This document shows, in pieces, positions 25,779-28,475 of a stretch of DNA of 28,475 nucleotides. Under the pieces are notes generated by a model that was not told where the DNA came from, did no database searches, and worked only from the letters and a program-made list of their open reading frames with translations. Position 1 is the stretch's first letter. Each line of letters opens with the position of its first letter. Source of the DNA: Pseudomonadota bacterium (GTDB lineage: Bacteria > Pseudomonadota > Alphaproteobacteria > ATCC43930 > CGMCC-115725); assembly GCA_021790295.1 (NCBI GenBank), contig JAJYIC010000002.1, positions 1-28,475 on the forward strand, read 5' to 3'. Both the position numbers and the translations under genes were made by a program.

Positions 25779-25796
25779 CAGCCTTTCAGCTCCCTT

Positions 25797-26618
25797 TCAC
25801 CCGCTCGCTTCTGCCGCTTCGAGGGCCTCCATCACTTTGAAAGCGTCGCTGAGCGCCGCGGGGTCGTGCGTGCGGATGAAGTCGGCGCCCTTCGATGCGG
25901 CATAAAGTTCGGCCGCCAGCGTCGCCGCGGCGAGACGGGAGGGAGGGCTCTGCGCCGTAAGGGCGCGCAAAAACGACTTGCGTGAAACCGAGACGAGGAC
26001 GGGAAGGCCATAGCGCCCTTTGAGACGATCGAGGTTGGCCAAAACCGAAAGCGAGGCTTCTCCCCTTCGGCCGAGGAAATAGCCCATGCCGGGGTCGAGG
26101 ATCAGCCGTTCGCGGGCGATTCCCGCCTCTTCGAGCGCTCTCGTCCGGGCGTCGAATAAGCCTTCGATGCTGCGCCAGACTTCCCCTTCCGCCACATCCG
26201 CCTGCCCTGCCCGGTCGCGTTCGAGAAGGGCATGCATGACGATGAGCCGCGCCTTCGAGCGGGCGAGAAGAGGGTACAGGGCCGGGTTTTCGAAGCCCTT
26301 TATATCATTCAGAAAAGCAACCCCGCGCGCGATCGCCCAGCGTTGCGTTTCGGGCCGGAAGCTGTCGACCGAGATCGCTGCGCCCCGCGCTTCGAGAGCG
26401 GCGACCACAGGCTCGAGGCGGCGTATCTCTTCGTCCGCGCCGACCGCCGCCGCGGCGATGTTGCTTGCCGAAGGGCCAAGATCGATGACGGCGGCTCCCT
26501 CGTCGAGGAGGCGCAAAGAGTGTTCGATCGCCGCCGCCGGGTCGAGATAAAGGCCGCCGTCGGAAAAGCTGTCCGCGGTGAGGTTGACGATGCCGAAGAT
26601 CGGCGGACGAGCCTTCAC
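25797..26618 (-). CDS. folP: Dihydropteroate synthase, Sul2-like (folP* type)
   Basis: IFGIVNLTADSFSDGG, VIDLGP, DSFRPETQ, LNDIKGF, LILDPGMGYFLG, SVSRKSFLRALT, AATLAAEL, GADFIRTH. Confidence 0.95.
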   Translation of the reverse strand: MKARPPIFGIVNLTADSFSDGGLYLDPAAAIEHSLRLLDEGAAVIDLGPSASNIAAAAVGADEEIRRLEPVVAALEARGAAISVDSFRPETQRWAIARGVAFLNDIKGFENPALYPLLARSKARLIVMHALLERDRAGQADVAEGEVWRSIEGLFDARTRALEEAGIARERLILDPGMGYFLGRRGEASLSVLANLDRLKGRYGLPVLVSVSRKSFLRALTAQSPPSRLAAATLAAELYAASKGADFIRTHDPAALSDAFKVMEALEAAEASG

Positions 26619-26657
26619 CGCTTTCTCCCTTTCATCCGCGCGGAATCGCCGCCGCCC

Positions 26658-27065
26658 TCACGGCTCGCGTCCCCGTTCGAGGATCGCGCCGACGCCGTCG
26701 GCATCGGCGAAAACGTCCAGTTTTTCGACAGAGACCCTCACCCTTTCGACTTTGGGATCGAGAAGGCAGACGGCGCAGATGCGTTCGGCCAAGCCCTCGC
26801 AAAGATCGACGTGGCCCTTTTGCGCGATCTCGCGGATCCGGGCCACGACCTTTTCGTAATTGATGACGCGGCCGCGATCTTCGCCCGGGAAAGGGGACGC
26901 GGCGAGAAGATCGACTGAGACGCGTACGCGCTGTTTGTGCCGGCGCTCGCTCTCGTCTATGCCGATGCTGCACATCAGAACAAGGCCGCGTATGGTGACG
27001 GTGTAGCGCGCCTGGGAGGGCGAGGAGCCGAAACCCTCGCCGAAAGAAAGATCGCTCTTTGTCAT
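26658..27065 (-). CDS. folB: Dihydroneopterin aldolase
   Basis: IRGLVL..SIGI..ERRHKQRVRVSV, INYEKV, LCEGLAE, VRVSVEK (catalytic Tyr/Glu/Lys positions retained); directly upstream of the DHPS gene. Confidence 0.88.
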   Translation of the reverse strand: MTKSDLSFGEGFGSSPSQARYTVTIRGLVLMCSIGIDESERRHKQRVRVSVDLLAASPFPGEDRGRVINYEKVVARIREIAQKGHVDLCEGLAERICAVCLLDPKVERVRVSVEKLDVFADADGVGAILERGREP

Positions 27066-27169
27066 CCCGCGAGGATGCCCGAACGGGAAGCCGCGCGGCA
27101 ATGCGACAGTCGGACTTTTTTGTAGGATTGCCGCATGCTATCGTCAGCGACGGCAACGGCAAGCGGGCA

Positions 27170-27427
27170 ATGGGCTTTTTCTATTTTGTGATCGGCGTCC
27201 TGGTCGGCCTCTCTCTGATCGCCGCCTTGCCCTTCCTTTTTGCCCTCTTCGGCATGGCGCTGGCGCTCGCCATGATCCTCTTTCTGCCGCTTTTTGCGGC
27301 GGCCTTTTTCTTTTTCGGCGTCCTCGCGCTGATGCCGGCGATCGGCTATGCCCTTGCCATCGCCGCTCTTATCGTCATCCTGTGGGTCAGCGAAAAGAAA
27401 CGGCGGCCGACGGGAGGGCGCGCATAA
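27170..27427 (+). CDS. Small multi-pass membrane hypothetical protein
   Basis: About 70 contiguous hydrophobic residues followed by a basic tail (EKKRR); start at MGFFYF. Confidence 0.65.
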   Translation: MGFFYFVIGVLVGLSLIAALPFLFALFGMALALAMILFLPLFAAAFFFFGVLALMPAIGYALAIAALIVILWVSEKKRRPTGGRA

Positions 27428-27535
27428 ACGCCGCCGCCGGCCGCTCCGCCACAAAGCCAAGCAAGAGAAGAGGGATGCCGCGGCGTTGACGCCGGTTTTG
27501 GGCCTCGGCCGCGGCACCCTTTTGCTGCGAGCGCT

Positions 27536-27925
27536 CTAGCGCCAGTGGCCTCCGAGCCAGACCCAGCCGCGAGCCCCGCGGTGGATCCAATGCCCCGGCA
27601 CCCAGGCGGCTCCGACGCGCGGGCCGATCACCCATCTTCCGCCGCCCCACACCCAACGGCTCCCTCTCCACCACCAGTGGCCGGGTTGCCAGACGTATCT
27701 CGCGCCCGGGCGCGGCGGGATCACTTCGCGCCGCAAAGGCGGAGGTCCGAGGCGGACAAAGACGTCGGCCTGTATAAGCTGCACCCCAGAAGGCTGGGCG
27801 AGGGCCGGCGCCCCCGTGGCCAAGAGCGCGAGGACGGCAACCGCCCCGGCGCCGTGGCGCAAGCTCGAGGCAAATCTTTGCAACAGCGCAGTCTTGGAAA
27901 CGCCTATGGCAACATCTGATCGCAT
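27536..27925 (-). CDS. WXXGXW/YXWGXW repeat exported protein
   Basis: Signal peptide ending ALA/Q; PPPLRREVIPPRPG; repeats WQPGHW, WGGGRW, WVPGHW, WLGGHW; AAAGGAG RBS. Confidence 0.88.
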   Translation of the reverse strand: MRSDVAIGVSKTALLQRFASSLRHGAGAVAVLALLATGAPALAQPSGVQLIQADVFVRLGPPPLRREVIPPRPGARYVWQPGHWWWRGSRWVWGGGRWVIGPRVGAAWVPGHWIHRGARGWVWLGGHWR

Positions 27926-28375
27926 GTTCTTTCTCCTTTGTTCAGACGGATTGCTGTTGTTTGTGAGACCTACAGTTGCAACATCGCCAGGTCAGTCCGC
28001 TTCGGCGCGGTGAGCGGGAAATCCCACCCGCGCCGAGACCGACCTTCCTGAGGCCTTCCGGCACCGAAGGGCCGAACCAATCGAAGAGAGCCTTTCAAAC
28101 GATGGGCGCCGACCATCCCTTTCCGCTTTTGCCGCCGCAAACGCGACCCTTTGCGAAGGCTCGCATCGGGATCGGCGACACCGCGGCATTCTCGTTCTCG
28201 CAGTAGATTTGTACCGCGATGCGTGAACACAAGGCGTCGGCCACAACGATGACTCAGCCGCGATCATCGGGGCTCCTCCTCCCCGCCGGCACGCCGGCAA
28301 GCGAAAAGCCTTGATCGCGAGAGCCCATCTCCCTAAAGGCTCATGGGAACGAAACAGGCTGAAGCGAGAGCGCCG

Positions 28376-28475
28376 ATGCTCCCTATCGACCCCGCCCTTC
28401 TGGACGCTTTGAGAGCCTTCGACACCCGAACCATTTGCAACGCCCGCGAAGTGGTCTCTCCCGCGCCCCGCGCCA
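28376..28475 (+). CDS. Partial RraA/HMG-aldolase-like protein N-terminus (runs off the window)
   Basis: MLPIDPALLDALRAFDTRTICNAREVVSP resembles the family motif LRxFDTPTICNALE, with two non-conservative differences. Confidence 0.55.
   Translation, partial: MLPIDPALLDALRAFDTRTICNAREVVSPAPRA

Noticed and set aside
25700-27200. Mobile resistance cassette around the sul-like gene
   Set aside because: No integrase, attC, ISCR/transposase, glmM remnant or obvious compositional break; the context looks native.
27965-28050. GCAACTGTA on the minus strand plus a nearby GC hairpin, reminiscent of a cobalamin riboswitch
   Set aside because: The other conserved elements are not found in the right order, and the downstream gene is unrelated to B12.
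27926-28375. Short ORFs in the final intergenic region (27970-28230, 27976-28206, 27992-28300)
   Set aside because: No RBS or motif support and biased composition; likely non-coding divergent promoter space.
1-28475. CRISPR arrays, tRNA/rRNA genes, transposases, phage or defence genes
   Set aside because: None recognised by eye; tRNAscan, Infernal or CRISPR finders would be needed to exclude weak cases.

Overview
GC-rich bacterial genomic window, probably Alphaproteobacteria of the Rhodospirillales/Stellaceae type (inferred from gene content, not verified). The left ~16.5 kb is an uncharacterised CoA-dependent catabolic cluster. It contains family III CoA-transferases arranged as probable active/inactive pairs, a heteromeric acyl-CoA dehydrogenase pair with non-canonical catalytic positions, a YHS protein, fused and split hotdog hydratases, an AliA-like CoA ligase, an HMG-CoA-lyase-like C-C lyase, an MmgE/PrpD protein, a TIM-barrel isomerase, an alpha/beta hydrolase and a 90-aa orphan. 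The family mix parallels itaconate/methylsuccinate and benzylsuccinate/phthalate routes, suggesting breakdown of an unknown substituted dicarboxylate (inference). The right part is more housekeeping-like: a coupled fumC-MaoC-CitE-like operon, DedA, a DUF62 SAM hydrolase, an S41A/CtpA homolog lacking both catalytic residues, a crotonase, several small Tyr/Pro/Gly/Trp-rich exported proteins, and folB followed by a dihydropteroate synthase that is Sul2-like rather than ordinary FolP, with no mobile-element context. The first ~125 nt look like a foreign greA fragment joined to a CoA-transferase tail, and the last 100 nt are a partial, possibly error-containing RraA-like start. No rRNA, tRNA, CRISPR array or mobile element was seen. 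All family calls are from motif recognition by eye; no database searches were run.
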